A stretch of 64,000 nt of DNA from Eledone cirrhosa. Its lineage: Eukaryota. The stretch's first letter is position 1, and each line of letters begins with the position of its first letter. Positions 29,202 to 44,200 of this stretch are shown here, in pieces. A model generated the notes under the pieces. The model was not told the DNA's origin. It ran no database searches and saw nothing but the letters and a program-made list of their open reading frames with translations. A program made the translations under genes and the position numbers. The stretch spans positions 12,152,001 to 12,216,000 of the forward strand of contig OZ024763.1 in NCBI GenBank assembly GCA_964016885.1, written 5' to 3'.

Positions 29202-29560
29202 TATATAATATATAATATAATATAATAAAATAAAATTTAATTATTAATTTATATAATATAATTTAATAAAATTTAATTGATCAAAAGAACATCTATTTTA
29301 TTAATATTTGTATTTTAATATTAATAACTCTGGAAAATATTTTTTGTAGAGTGCTTCCAATCTACTGTAAAACTCATTCTTTGATATACTCATTGAATAT
29401 TGTTTAACTCTTTAATATATATATATATATATATATATAGGAACAAGTAAGACCCCGACGGCTGAGCTCAAGCCGTTTCGACGGCTAATTCAGAATTACC
29501 CTAAGTATTGAGTACTTTGGTGCGTTATGGTCCACCTGGTTCCTTACCACATTTCCTTCG

Positions 29561-29645
<85 letters not shown>

Positions 29646-29725
29646 TTATTCCGGGTTGAATCGGAGGTAACCACAGTAAGTAAGGTACTCAATACATAGC
29701 AGAGTATAAAAGTTTTAATATAGAT

Positions 29726-29778
29726 GAGATTCTACAGGACTAGAACTGTTTCATTCTTTAGAAATCATCAGGAATCTC
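29726..29778 (-). ncRNA. Type I hammerhead ribozyme (family B), complete
   Basis: RC: gagattc CTGATGA t-ttc-taaa-gaa-t GAAA cag-ttctagtc-ctg TA gaatctc (7-bp helix I, GUA site). Confidence 0.8.
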
Positions 29779-29842
29779 TAACTTCTATTGTATTAAGTTG
29801 CTGATAACAACACACATACACGTGTGTATGTGTGTGTATATA

Positions 29843-29951
<109 letters not shown>

Positions 29952-30320
29952 TGAAAGTAGTACAGCGTTCCTTTGTCAGTGTTGAACAAACGAGCAACGG
30001 TGGTTGCTAGACACTACGGCTTAATACGGGATGTTTGTTTACAAACACACCGAGCATTGTAATAAATGTTCGGTGAATCCATACGTACATATATATATAT
30101 GTGTGCATGTATGTATATATATATATATATACATACTACAGTGCGTCTGTATACATATATGTATGTACGTGTACATGCTTACATATATATATATATATTA
30201 TATATATATACACACCCAAACAAACACTATTTCCAGTTGGCTAAATGACAGACGTTATCTTCTTAACACTGATCAGATAACTTCTATTGTATTAAGTTGC
30301 AGATAACAACCCACATACAC

Positions 30321-30430
<110 letters not shown>

Positions 30431-30541
30431 ATATGTGTGTGCGCGTATGTATACACACACACATATATATATATATTTACACACGCATATATAGTCACGA
30501 GTTGCGCCAATGCACACACACATATATATAAGTTTATATAT

Positions 30542-30601
<60 letters not shown>

Positions 30602-31039
30602 GCACTTCAACAGTATTTTGATAAAAGTGTGTATACATTTTGGGGGAACACCCTGTATGTGTGTGTGTATATATATATATATATATTTGTCTGTGTAATA
30701 TGTGTGTAAATCTTTAAAATTTACTCACAAACACAATCTATTTCCTATCTCAGTGATGTTGCTACAATACGAAGTTGACTTTCTAACCACAGGGTCCAGG
30801 GCTCTAACCCTACATTAGTCCCTGTAAATAGTTATTTCCCCAATGTTACTCATATATTTAACCCTTAATGTCATTGCTATATATATACTCGACATTTACG
30901 CAATTATATCCTAGAAATTGATTATTAGTTAAAGACCGAAACACTCACTTGAGAGGGGTTTCTTCTCTGAAGGCCTTCTCCCGTCCAGCTCTCATGAGAA
31001 TTTCTTACCACTTTACCTCACATAATTATCTCACATAAT

Positions 31040-32240
31040 ATCTCACATAGCATTCACATTACTCTATATATCCTATTGTATTTTCATGGTAAAGGCTTTA
31101 CCTCACATCTCGCATAGCATTCACGTTACTCTATATATACTATTGTATTGTCACAGTAAAGGCTTTACCTCACATAATATCTCGCATAACATTCACATTA
31201 CTCTATATATACTATTGTATTTTCACAGTAAAGGCTTTACCTCACATAATATCTCGCATAACATTCACATTACTCTATATATACTATTGTATTTTCACAG
31301 TAAAGGCTTTACCTCACATAATATCTCGCATAACATTTACATTACTCTATATATACTATTGTATTGTCACAGTAAAGGCTTTATCTCACATAACATCTCG
31401 CATAACATTCACATTACTCTATATATACTATTGTATTTTCACAGTAAAGGCTTTACCTCACATAATATCTCGCATAACATTTACATTACTCTATATATAC
31501 TATTGTATTGTCACAGTAAAGGCTTTATCTCACATAACATCTCGCATAACATTCACATTACTCTATATATACTATTGTATTTTCACAGTAAAGGCTTTAC
31601 CTCACATAATATCTCGCATAACATTTACATTACTCTATATATACTATTGTATTTTCACAGTAAAGGCTTTACCTCACATAATATCTCGCATAACATTTAC
31701 ATTACTCTATATATACTATTGTATTGTCACAGTAAAGGCTTTATCTCACATAACATCTCGCATAACATTCACATTACTCTATATATACTATTGTATTTTC
31801 ACAGTAAAGGCTTTACCTCACATAATATCTCACATAACATTCACATTACTCTATATATACTATTGTATTTTCACAGTAAAGGCTTTACCTCACATAATAT
31901 CTCACATAACATTCACATTACTCTATATATACTATTGTATTGTCACAGTAAAGGCTTTACCTCACATAATATCTTACATAACATTCACATTACTCTATAT
32001 ATACTATTGTATTTTCACAGTAAAGGCTTTACCTCACATAATATCTCACAATATTTACATTACTCTATATATACTATTGTATTTTCATGGTAAAGGCTTT
32101 ACCTCACACAATTTCGAATCTATGAGATTTTGAAAGTATTTATTTTGAGAACAATACCTTAACATCAGTATGAGCGACCAGTTACAGCCAGTTTCAACAG
32201 AAAGAGGTAGAGAATTCTGACCGGTTTGAACATTAAAGGG
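31040..32240 (+). mobile_element. piggyBac-like MITE whose internal 72-bp unit is amplified ~15x
   Basis: 72-bp (24-aa) periodicity 31040-32110, then the MITE 3' end ...cattaaaggg|ttaa. Confidence 0.85.
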
Positions 32241-32685
32241 TTAATAACTTGGAGGCCAAAGGAGGCAATTGCCTCGGACCCCTGTGGTGGGGTGGGGGGC
32301 ACCAGTGGCGGCCGTACAGCTTTATTTGTGCACTCTGCTGGGTTCTTTGGTTGTAGGATGGTTAGATCTTTTTAATTTAATACTTGCGTCAAGCTGACTT
32401 TGATATGTAAAATTGGGGGGAGTGGGTGGGGTGCTATGTATTCTAATTTTTTGTATGAGGAGGGCCATCCCAAACCTGAAGTGCCCGGGGACCGCCAAGG
32501 TCTAAATCCAACCCTGACATACTCCTGTGTGACATAAGAGGAACTGTTTAGGAAGAGGTAATGGTTTAATTGCAACACATTGGAGTTGTGTAAATAGATA
32601 TAGATGTTCTAGAAACGCCTCAGTCTAGAATTGGGAAGAACATATACATACATACATACATACATACATACATACATACATACAT

Positions 32686-32720
<35 letters not shown>

Positions 32721-33942
32721 TACATACATACATACATACATACATACATACATACATACATTTACATACATACACACATTTACATACATACACACATACA
32801 CACATACACACGCACGCACACATACACACATACACACACACATGATGGCTGCAAACTCTGCTAAGAGTGTTGCAATCACTTGTCGGATTATAGAGTTTGG
32901 TGCACTTTTAGGCTACGGCCTGCCCCACAAACCTGTAACAGATCCTGAACAAGCAGTGCCTGGGCTTTGAAGGTTTTTTAAGTGGGGAAAGGCCTGCATA
33001 TATACATACATACATATATACACACATACATTTATACATTTACTTACATGCATACATACATACATACATACATACATACATACATACATACATACATACA
33101 TACATACATACATACATACATTTACTTACATACATACATACATTTACTTACATGCATACACGCAAACATACATTTAGTTACACACATACACATACATATA
33201 CACACACATACATATACAAATACACATACATATACACATACATACATACATACATTTACTTACATGCATACACGCAAACATACATTTAGTTACATACACA
33301 CACACATACACACACATACACATACACATACACATACATACATTTACTTACATGCATACACGCAAACATACATTTAGTTACATACACACATACATACATT
33401 TAGTTACATACACACATACACATACATATACACACACACATACATATACACATACACATACATACATTTACTTACATGCATACACGCAAACATCCATTTA
33501 GTTACATACACACACACATACATATACACATACATATATACATACACACATACATACATACACGCATACATACATACATTTACTTACATGCATACACGCA
33601 AACATACATTTAGTTTCATACACACACACACATACATACACATACACGCATACATACATATATACACACATACACACATACATACATACATACATACATT
33701 TACTTACATGCATACACGCAAACATACATTTAGTTACATACACACACACACATACATACACATACATATACACATACATATACACATACATACACACACA
33801 CATACACGCATACATACATACACGCACACACATATATACACGTACATACATACACACGTGTGTGTGTGTAGATGGAGATGCATGTTTGTGTCTTTTCCTT
33901 TCATAGTTTTACAGTCAACACCAGATACAGGAAAGCCAGACA

Positions 33943-34034
<92 letters not shown>

Positions 34035-35551
34035 ATTTGTATACATAAACGCACACACACACACATATATATATATATATGTGTGTGTGTGTATTTGTAT
34101 ACATAAACGCACACACACACACACTTATATAAATGTGTGTGTGTGTATTTGTATACATAAACGCACACACACACACACACTTATATATATGTGTGTGTGT
34201 GTATTTGTATACATAAACACACACACACACACACACTTATATACACACGCACACACGTGTGTGTAAATATATATAGGAAGGGAGTTGACTCATTGCTATC
34301 AAGTATCACATCCCTAATAGATCCCCAAGATAAGCCTATGTTCTTTATGTAAATAAAGGTCTGTTTTATCCCCATCGTTCTATATTCTAGCTCCCTTATT
34401 CAAACACTCCTTCATGCTTGATAAACCCTAATAGAATACTACAAGTCCCCTCTTTGTCTCTAGGGTTTTGTCACATTACAGGATCAAACGTCCTCCACAT
34501 CAACTGGTCCCTCTTTTCCTGTGTGACTGGGAATAGTTAGGGGTTCATTAGAGAGATAACAGGGTAAACAGTATGTGGTAGTATTGATCTGAATGGATGC
34601 AGCAAAAGAAGGCTGAGGGTCCCTTATTTGTCCAAAGGTCAGAGGTTATCTCAGGAGTCTGTAACCCCTCTTCATGAAAACTGCTGTATAACTATCCTTG
34701 TTTTTCACCTTCTTATTATTTTTGCCCCCCCCCCCCTCCCACTCCTCGCACTCATTCTGCTTCTTCTCTTCTGTGCACATGTTCCCGAGAGGGTCATGAG
34801 TCAGAGCCCTCAAACACTCCCTCCAGCGGGTCATGTCAGAAGCAGCCGTCTCCAACTGATCCGGCTAGATCCCCAAGTGGGGCCAGCCAAGCCGGTGGGT
34901 GTTATCCAGCCATCTTGCTCGAGGTCCGCCTCTCGGTCTCCTACTTGTTGGTTTCTGCCCGTAAAATATGTCCAGCGATTCTTTCCTGAGACATTCTAAC
35001 CACATGCCTTGGAGGTTAACTTTGCCTTTCATCCTTACGGGGTCGATAACATAAAGTACCAGTCACGCACTGGGGTCAATTTAATCGACTTCCCCTTCCC
35101 CCAAATTACTGGCCTTGTGCCTATATTGGCAGTATTGGTAGAGGGTCGGACGCCATGCTTTGACGCCATTCTGAGTTCAAATCCCGCCGAGGTTAACTTT
35201 GCCTTTCATCCTTACGGGGTCGATAAAATGAAGTACCAGTAATGTACTGGGTAATTGCTGGCCTTGTGCCAAAAAGTAGAAACAATTATTATAAGTACAG
35301 ATTAAAGTTTAAGCAAAGAATCGCTGCTTTCACCCTTAACACGATCTTCTGAAATATATATATTCTTCTAACCACACACACACACACACACTCACACTCA
35401 CACACACACACACACACACACACAGTTATACTTTGGGAGGGCCATGCTGTTTATATATTATTGTCAAAGCTCATCGCGTATTCTGTGACCTCCTCAGTGA
35501 CTAGGTTTTTATTTTGTGTCTCTCCTTTGTATATATATATATAGGAAAATA

Positions 35552-35730
35552 GTCTGGACCGCTACGGCTGAGCTCCGGCTGTTTCGACAGAGTTCTGATC
35601 TAACTGTCGAAACGGCCAGACCTCAGCCGTCGGGTCCAGACTTTTTTTCCTATTACTCACTCTACTACTCTAAGTATCGAGTACTCTGGTGCGTTATGGT
35701 CCCCCTGGTATCTTACCACACCTTCTTTGT
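35552..35730 (+). mobile_element. Diverged family A palindrome + tail
   Basis: ggaaaatagtctggacc...gaaacggc...gccgtcgggtccagactttttttcc + actctactactctaagtatcgagtac. Confidence 0.7.
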
Positions 35731-35733
35731 TTG

Positions 35734-35799
<66 letters not shown>

Positions 35800-35860
35800 G
35801 CTCTGTAACTTACATAGAGCACTCTTCATTCCTCTGACTTTTTCAACGGAAACCTCAACA

Positions 35861-35920
<60 letters not shown>

Positions 35921-35923
<3 letters not shown>

Positions 35924-36113
35924 CGAAGGAGTTGATGTAAGGAACCAGATGGACCATAATGCACCAGAGTACTCGATACTTAGGGTAGTAGAGTGGGTAA
36001 TAGGAAAATGTATGACCCCGACGGCAGAGCTCAAGCCGTTTCGACGGCTATTTCTGGACTGAAATAGCCGTCGAAACGGCTTGAGCTCTGCCGTCGGGGT
36101 CATACATTTTCCT
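35921..36113 (-). mobile_element. Family A element (tail + palindrome)
   Basis: Reverse complement of the 1244-1435 architecture. Confidence 0.8.
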
Positions 36114-36179
36114 ATATATATATATAGTTGGAAAGGGGGGTAAAGTTCCATATAAATCGGAGATTATGGGTTAAAAGTG

Positions 36180-36345
36180 AAGCAGGACAAGGGTGTAATT
36201 AAAGATTATTTTTAATTTAATCCGACAGGCTAAATATTTTTATAATTGTTACATTAAATGGATTTAATGTAACAATTATAAAAATATTTATCCTGCTGGA
36301 TTAAAGAAAAGACTGATGTTTAATTATACCCCTGTGTTTTTTCAC
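36180..36345. repeat. Imperfect fold-back palindrome centred ~36260
   Basis: taaatatttttataattgttacattaaat / atttaatgtaacaattataaaaatattta. Confidence 0.75.
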
Positions 36346-36357
36346 TTTTACTATTTA

Positions 36358-36435
<78 letters not shown>

Positions 36436-36456
36436 TTGGAGCTCTGAAATAGCAAT

Positions 36457-36700
36457 ATATATATGGATGTATATATAATGTATTTTGCAATACACTTTAT
36501 GCTTAATTAAAAGCATTTTGAAGACCGTATGCTATTGTTTTAGAGTAGTGACAAATTCACTTACTTTAATCTCCCCTGTTTGCTGAGATTAAAGTAAGTG
36601 AATTTGTCACTACTCTAAAACAATAGCATACGGTCTTCAAAATGCTTTTAATTAAGCATAAAGTGTATTGCAAAATACATTATATATACATCCATATATA
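36457..36700. repeat. Perfect ~115-bp-arm inverted repeat with an 11-nt spacer
   Basis: atatggatg...actttaatctc ccctgtttgct gagattaaagt...catccatat. Confidence 0.9.
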
Positions 36701-36889
36701 TATATATATATATATAGGTTTGGATGAAACAATTGTAAGTGAATAAATGCTTTGAACATAGCTTTGATTCTTGTGAATTCTATATAACTGCTCTGTAGAA
36801 CAACTGATGTTATTACATTGAGCTATTTCTCTTACTGGTAATAAGGTAGTAATATATTACTGACCTTCCCTGTTTAGGGTTTAAAATAT

Positions 36890-37189
36890 ATATAACTATA
36901 AATAGTATCCTTAATATTATATATATATATATATATATAACTATAAATAGTATCCTTAATATTATATATATATATATAACTATAAATAGTATCCTTAATA
37001 TTATATATATATATATAACTATAAATAGTATCCTTAATATTATATATATATATATAACTATAAATAGTATCCTTAATATTATATATATATATATAACTAT
37101 AAATAGTATCCTTAATATTATATATATATATATAACTATAAATAGTATCCTTAATATTATATATATATATATAACTATAAATAGTATCC

Positions 37190-37220
<31 letters not shown>

Positions 37221-37292
37221 ACTATAAATAGTATCCTTAATATTATATATATATATATATATAACTATAAATAGTATCCTTAATATTATATA
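36890..37292 (+). repeat. ~40-bp minisatellite (ataactataaatagtatccttaatatt + TA) x~9
   Basis: Visible periodicity. Confidence 0.9.
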
Positions 37293-37302
37293 TCGTAATG
37301 GA

Positions 37303-37349
37303 CATACGAGCTGAGGATCCGCTAAGGTGAAACAATTGTTCTCGGTATG
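37303..37349 (+). ncRNA. Minimal type I HHR (family D)
   Basis: catacgag CTGAGGA t-cc-gctaa-gg-t GAAA c-aatt-g TT ctcggtatg; mutated copy at 48716-48768. Confidence 0.75.
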
Positions 37350-37843
37350 GTGAACTAACTGTTGTGTAACCACTTCTACCTAACTCGTCCTATGGACTGA
37401 GTGCTCTACCACTACGGATATTACCTTCTATATATGCAGAGAGAGAGAAAGAGAGAGCAAAGCTTCCGTTACAGTTTTGGGGACGGCGGCGGGTGGTTTA
37501 AGTATATATAAACTGTACATGAGTAATATTATTATTAGCTCCCACTTTTTTTTGTCACCCATACGGGACCACGTAAGAAACTAAAACCTGATCATACTAA
37601 CATATTTAGAGTCAGTAGAAAATCAGTGTAGTAAAAACCCGAGTACAAGTATATTGAAACTAATTGGAGGGGATTAAGCCACCCCAAAGCTCCTTAGCAC
37701 CGGCAGGCTTTATTAGACACACACACACACACACTCACATACTCACACACACTTACACACACACACACATTCACATACACACACGCATATATATATATAC
37801 AATGATATTAAATAAATGGAAACTATATTTATAAAACCATATT

Positions 37844-37905
37844 TATTCTATTATATATATTTCAAGGGTACCAAAACCTTTGGTACGCTTTCATCAGATA
37901 AAATA
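37844..37905 (-). ncRNA. Minimal type I HHR (family C) in fold-back element 37800-38085
   Basis: RC: tattttat CTGATGA aagcgtaccaaa-ggt-tttggtaccctt GAAA t-atat-a TA atagaata. Confidence 0.8.
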
Positions 37906-38082
37906 CAAAGTGTGTTTTATAAATATAGAGACATATATAATAGAATAAATATGGTTTTATAAATATAGTTTCCATTTATTTAATATCATTGAATAATTAC
38001 TCCAGAAAACTTGTCGAGTGCTCTGAATCAGTTATAAACATTTATATTTGTTGAATTACCAACAAATTGAATATCCTTTCTG

Positions 38083-38143
<61 letters not shown>

Positions 38144-38271
38144 GGAAGCAGAAAATTGCTTATTGTAATCCAGTTGGTGGTTAAGAAAGCCAGTTTCATG
38201 GATGGTTTCAACGTACGGTTAGGGGTAACTCCACAAGTTTGTAAGAATTCCCTCCAATCTTGGAGTATAAA

Positions 38272-38375
38272 GTATTTTGAAAATTTGGACTGTGAACAAC
38301 AATTATAATTGAGTGGCTGCTATTTGCAGTATAGCAATATAAGGTTGCACTTACCAATGAAACGGTCGTAAATAC
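38272..38375 (+). ncRNA. Type I HHR with U3-A8 core and ~65-nt helix II insertion
   Basis: gtatt TTGAAAA t-ttgg...ccaa-t GAAA c-ggtc-g TA aatac. Confidence 0.55.
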
Positions 38376-38421
38376 CTGGATAAAATCCTTCTCTTAATGC
38401 TTACCTGTGTTTTCTCTTTTA

Positions 38422-38478
<57 letters not shown>

Positions 38479-38605
38479 ACATATATTGATGCCCTAAGGA
38501 CAGACACTGGTCTCTTGGAGACGCAGGAAATGACGGCGATGATGGACAGAGACCGCTGGAGAGAACTTGTCCTTCGATCTCGGGAATTTTACCCGCCCTA
38601 GATAG

Positions 38606-38653
<48 letters not shown>

Positions 38654-38821
38654 CTGTGTTTATCAGTGCATGTGTCTGTGTGTCCTATAACTTAGTGGTT
38701 TGATAAAGAAAAATCAATAAAATAAAGACCAGATTGAAAAGTAAAGTACTGATCCAGCATGACCGCAGTAAAAGAATAAAAGTATATATATATATATACA
38801 CACACACACATATATATATAT

Positions 38822-38856
<35 letters not shown>

Positions 38857-39326
38857 TACATTCACACACATACATACATACATGTGTGAATGCCTTCTTA
38901 ATCTATTGCTTAAAAAGTCACACACTCTCTCCCTTCTCTTCCCACTACTGCCTGTCAACCTCCTCCCCTTCCTCCCCCTTCTGTTGTGTGAGGCACTGAC
39001 TGCTCTACATTCACTGTCACTCGTGTACCACCCTCCTCCTACTACTACCACTACTACTACTACTATTACTGCTACTATTTGTAACACTTGGGCCCTTTAA
39101 CATATACTTTACACACACACACATATATATACACTCAGGTGTGTGTGTGTGTTACTCTTTTACCTGTTCCAGCCATCTGGCTGAGGCCATACTGGAGCAC
39201 CGCCCCTGTTGCTACACATTTTATCTCCAGCCTGCATTGGTTGGCCACTGGTGTAAGAGGGAGTTCGTTGCTGCTGCCCTTAGGTTTCCCCCGTGCCTTG
39301 CTGTGGGCTCATATATATATATATAT

Positions 39327-39581
<255 letters not shown>

Positions 39582-39733
39582 TGTAGGAGGTGAGTTTTAT
39601 TGTAGTACAATAAAGCAATGCGGATATCGGATAAGAAGCACTCTACAGTTTGTAGGACTGGAGTATACAGAATATATAAGATCAAAAACTGCACTATCCA
39701 CAAGTGTTTTTTAACCTTCATATCATGTCTTCC

Positions 39734-39804
39734 TATTTTATCTGATGAAAACACAAATGTTATTGCATGATGATATTTGTTTTTGAAATGCGCATAATAA
39801 AATA
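39734..39804 (+). ncRNA. Minimal type I HHR (family E)
   Basis: tattttat CTGATGA aaacacaaatgttat-tgcatg-atgatatttgttttt GAAA t-gcgc-a TA ataaaata; perfect 8-bp helix I. Confidence 0.85.
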
Positions 39805-40078
39805 CATGGAACTCTTTTAACCATCTTTTGATCTTATTTATATATATATATACATATATATATACACACATATTACGTATTCCAGTCGATAGGCTGAGCC
39901 CATGCTGGGGCACCGTCACATATATGTGTGTTTGTGTGTATATATACATACGTACACACTGCGCAATGCTCAGCCACTTGCAAGTTTATTTTGTAAGCAG
40001 GCCCTCCCGCTGATCAAACTGAAACTCATTGGTGAAAGCTACGAGGTTCCAACACACACACACACACAGATACACACA

Positions 40079-40161
<83 letters not shown>

Positions 40162-40337
40162 ACACACACATCAATGATATTAATGGAAACTATATTTATA
40201 AAATCATATTTATTCTATTATGTACATTTTAAGGGTACCAAAACTTTGGTACGTTCTCATCAGATAAAATACAAAGTTTGTTTTATAAATAGTGACATAT
40301 CCAGGAATCGGACCTGAACGGTTCAAGTTTTACCTGG

Positions 40338-40548
<211 letters not shown>

Positions 40549-40635
40549 GAAAAATTTGAACAGGGACAGAACAGAGAGGCAGTACAATAAATGTTTATTA
40601 AATTCACGCTCAGGAGAGTGGGGGGTAGGTGGGGG

Positions 40636-40667
40636 ACGACGTTTCGGGCATAAGCCCTTCCTCAGGT
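40636..40667 (-). ncRNA. Ultra-minimal Penelope-type HHR core, helix I 5' strand truncated
   Basis: RC: ac CTGAGGA a-gggc-ttat-gccc GAAA cg TC gt. Confidence 0.65.
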
Positions 40668-41104
40668 ATATATATATATATATATATATATAAGAGTGAG
40701 ACAACCAATCTTGCCTCAAGTGGGACAACTCCCGTCTGGAAGATAGACGTTAAACGATGATGATGATGATGATGATGATGATATATATACAGGGTGTCCC
40801 CCAAAAATGTATACACAGTTTGACTACCTGTACAGACAATATTTATTAGAATGCCGTTGAAGTGTGTATACATTTGGGGGGGGGGGAGACATACTGTTTA
40901 TGTATATGCGTATATGTGTGTATTTGTGTATGTGTATGTCAGTATATATATTTATCTGTATGTATGTATATATATATGTGTGCGTCTTTGTATATGTGTG
41001 TATGTGTATGTATGTGTGTGTGCATTTATATATGTGTATGTATGTATATATATATGTGGGGGTGGGGGGACTTCTGCAGGTTTCACCAATGATATTTTGT
41101 TATC

Positions 41105-41189
<85 letters not shown>

Positions 41190-41297
41190 CACACACATAC
41201 ACACACATATACGAGACTGACGCCACAGCAATGTTATGTGCGTGTCCTATTCAAAACCTCAGAAGTCATTTCTATATAAAATATATGTATATAAAGC

Positions 41298-44200
41298 GCC
41301 CGGCCCACATTTTAAAGTGGTCATGTAGGTGTCACGACAAAAAACACCCAGTCCACACTGTAAAGTGGTCATGTAGGTGTCACAACAAAAAACACCCAGT
41401 CCACACTGTAAAGTGGTCATGTAGGTGTCACGACAAAAAACACCCAGTCCACACTGTAAAGTGGTCATGTAGGTGTCACGACAAAAAACACCCAGTCCAC
41501 ACTGTAAAGTGGTCATGTAGGTGTCACAACAAAAAAACACCCAGTCCACACTGTAAAGTGGCCATGTAGGTGTCACAACAAAAAACACCCAGTCCACACT
41601 GTAAAGTGGTCATGTAGTTGTCACAACAAAAAACACCCAGTCCACACTGTAAAGTGGTCATGTAGGTGTCACAACAAAAAACACCCAGTCCACACTGTAA
41701 AGTGGCCATGTAGGTGTCACGACAAAAAACACCCAGCCCACACTGTAAAGTGGTCATGTAGGTGTCACAACAAAAAACACCCAGTCCACACTGTAAAGTG
41801 GTCATGTAGGTGTCACAACAAAAAGCACCCAGTCCACACTGTAAAGTGGTCATGTAGGTGTCACAACAAAAAAACAGCCAGTCCACACTGTAAAGTGGTC
41901 ATGTAGGTGTCACGACAAAAAGCACCCAGTCCACACTGTAAAGTGGTCATGTAGGTGTCACGACAAAAAGCACCCAGTCCACACTGTAAAGTGGTCATGT
42001 AGGTGTCACGACAAAAAACACCCAGTCCACACTGTAAAGTGGTCATGTAGGTGTCACGACAAAAAACACCCAGTCCACACTGTAAAGTGGTCATGTAGGT
42101 GTCACGACAAAAAACATCCAGGCCACACTGTAAAGTGGTCATGTAGGTGTCACGACAAAAAACACCCAGTCCACACTGTAAAGTGGTCATGTAGGTGTCA
42201 CGACAAAAAACACCCAGTCCACACTGTAAAGTGGTCATGTAGGTGTCACGACAAAAAACACCCAGTCCACACTGTAAAGTGGTCATGTAGGTGTCACGAC
42301 AAAAAGCACCCAGTCCACACTGTAAAGTGGTCATGTAGGTGTCACGACAAAAAACACCCAGCCCACACTGTAAAGTGGTCATGTAGGTGTCACGACAAAA
42401 AACACCCAGTCCACACTGTAAAGTGGTCATGTAGGTGTCACGACAAAAAACATCCAGGCCACACTGTAAAGTGGTCATGTAGGTGTCACGACAAAAAACA
42501 CCCAGTCCACACTGTAAAGTGGTCATGTAGGTGTCACGACAAAAAACACCCAGTCCACACTGTAAAGTGGTCATGTAGGTGTCACGACAAAAAACACCCA
42601 GCCCACACTGTAAAGTGGTCATGTAGGTGTCACGACAAAAAGCACCCAGTCCACACTGTAAAGTGGTCATGTAGGTGTCACGACAAAAAACACCCAGCCC
42701 ACACTGTAAAGTGGTCATGTAGGTGTCACGACAAAAAACACCCAGTCCACACTGTAAAGTGGTCATGTAGGTGTCACGACAAAAAACACCCAGTCCACAC
42801 TGTAAAGTGGTCATGTAGGTGTCACGACAAAAAACACCCACCCACACTGTAAAGTGGTCATGTAGGTGTCACGACAAAAAGCACCCAGTCCACACTGTAA
42901 AGTGGTCATGTAGGTGTCACGACAAAAAACACCCAGCCCACACTGTAAAGTGGTCATGTAGGTGTCACGACAAAAAACACCCAGCCCACACTGTAAAGTG
43001 GTCATGTAGGTGTCACGACAAAAAACACCCAGTCCACACTGTAAAGTGGTCATGTAGGTGTCACGACAAAAAACACCCAGTCCACACTGTAAAATGGTCA
43101 TGTAGGTGTCACGACAAAAAACATCCAGGCCACACTGTAATGTGGTCATGTAGGTGTCACGACAAAAAACACCCAGTCCACACTGTAAAGTGGTCATGTA
43201 GGTGTCACGACAAAAAACACCCAGTCCACACTGTAAAGTGGTCATGTAGGTGTCACGACAAAAAACACCCAGCCCACACTGTAAAGTGGTCATGTAGGTG
43301 TCACGACAAAAAACACCCAGTCCACACTGTAAAGTGGTCATGTAGGTGTCACGACAAAAAACACCCAGTCCACACTGTAAAGTGGTCATGTAGGTGTCAC
43401 GACAAAAAGCACCCAGTCCACACTGTAAAGTGGTCATGTAGGTGTCACGACAAAAAACACCCAGTCCACACTGTAAAGTGGTCATGTAGGTGTCACGACA
43501 AAAAACACCCAGTCCACACTGTAAACTGGTCATGTAGGTGTCACGACAAAAAGCACCCAGTCCACACTGTAAAGTGGTCATGTAGGTGTCACGACAAAAA
43601 GCACCCAGTCCACACTGTAAAGTGGTCATGTAGGTGTCACGACAAAAAACACCCAGTCCACACTGTAAAGTGGTCATGTAGGTTTCACGACAAAAAGCAC
43701 CCAGTCCACACTGTAAAGTGGTCATGTAGGTGTCACGACAAAAAACACCCAGTCCACACTGTAAACTGGTCATGTAGGTGTCACGACAAAAAGCACCCAG
43801 TCCACAATGTAAAGTGGTCATGTAGGTGTCACGACAAAAAACACCCAGTCCACACTGTAAAGTGGTCATGTAGGTGTCACGACAAAAAACACCCAGTCCA
43901 CACTGTAAAGTGGTCATGTAGGTGTCACAACAAAAAGCACCCAGTCCACACTGTAAAGTGGTCATGTAGGTGTCACAACAAAAAACACCCAGTCCACACT
44001 GTAAAGTGGTCATGTAGGTGTCACAACAAAAAACACCCAGTCCACACTGTAAAGTGGTCATGTAGGTGTCACAACAAAGAACACCCAGTCCACACTGTAA
44101 AGTGATCATTTAGGTGTCACAACAAAAAACACCCAGTCCACACTGTAAAGTGGTCATGTAGGTGTCACAACAAAAAGCACCCAGTCCACACTGTAAAGTG

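Noticed and set aside
34280-34730. Possible degenerate LTR-retrotransposon coding fragment on the minus strand
   Set aside because: There are stops in all frames I read and no unambiguous RT or integrase motif.
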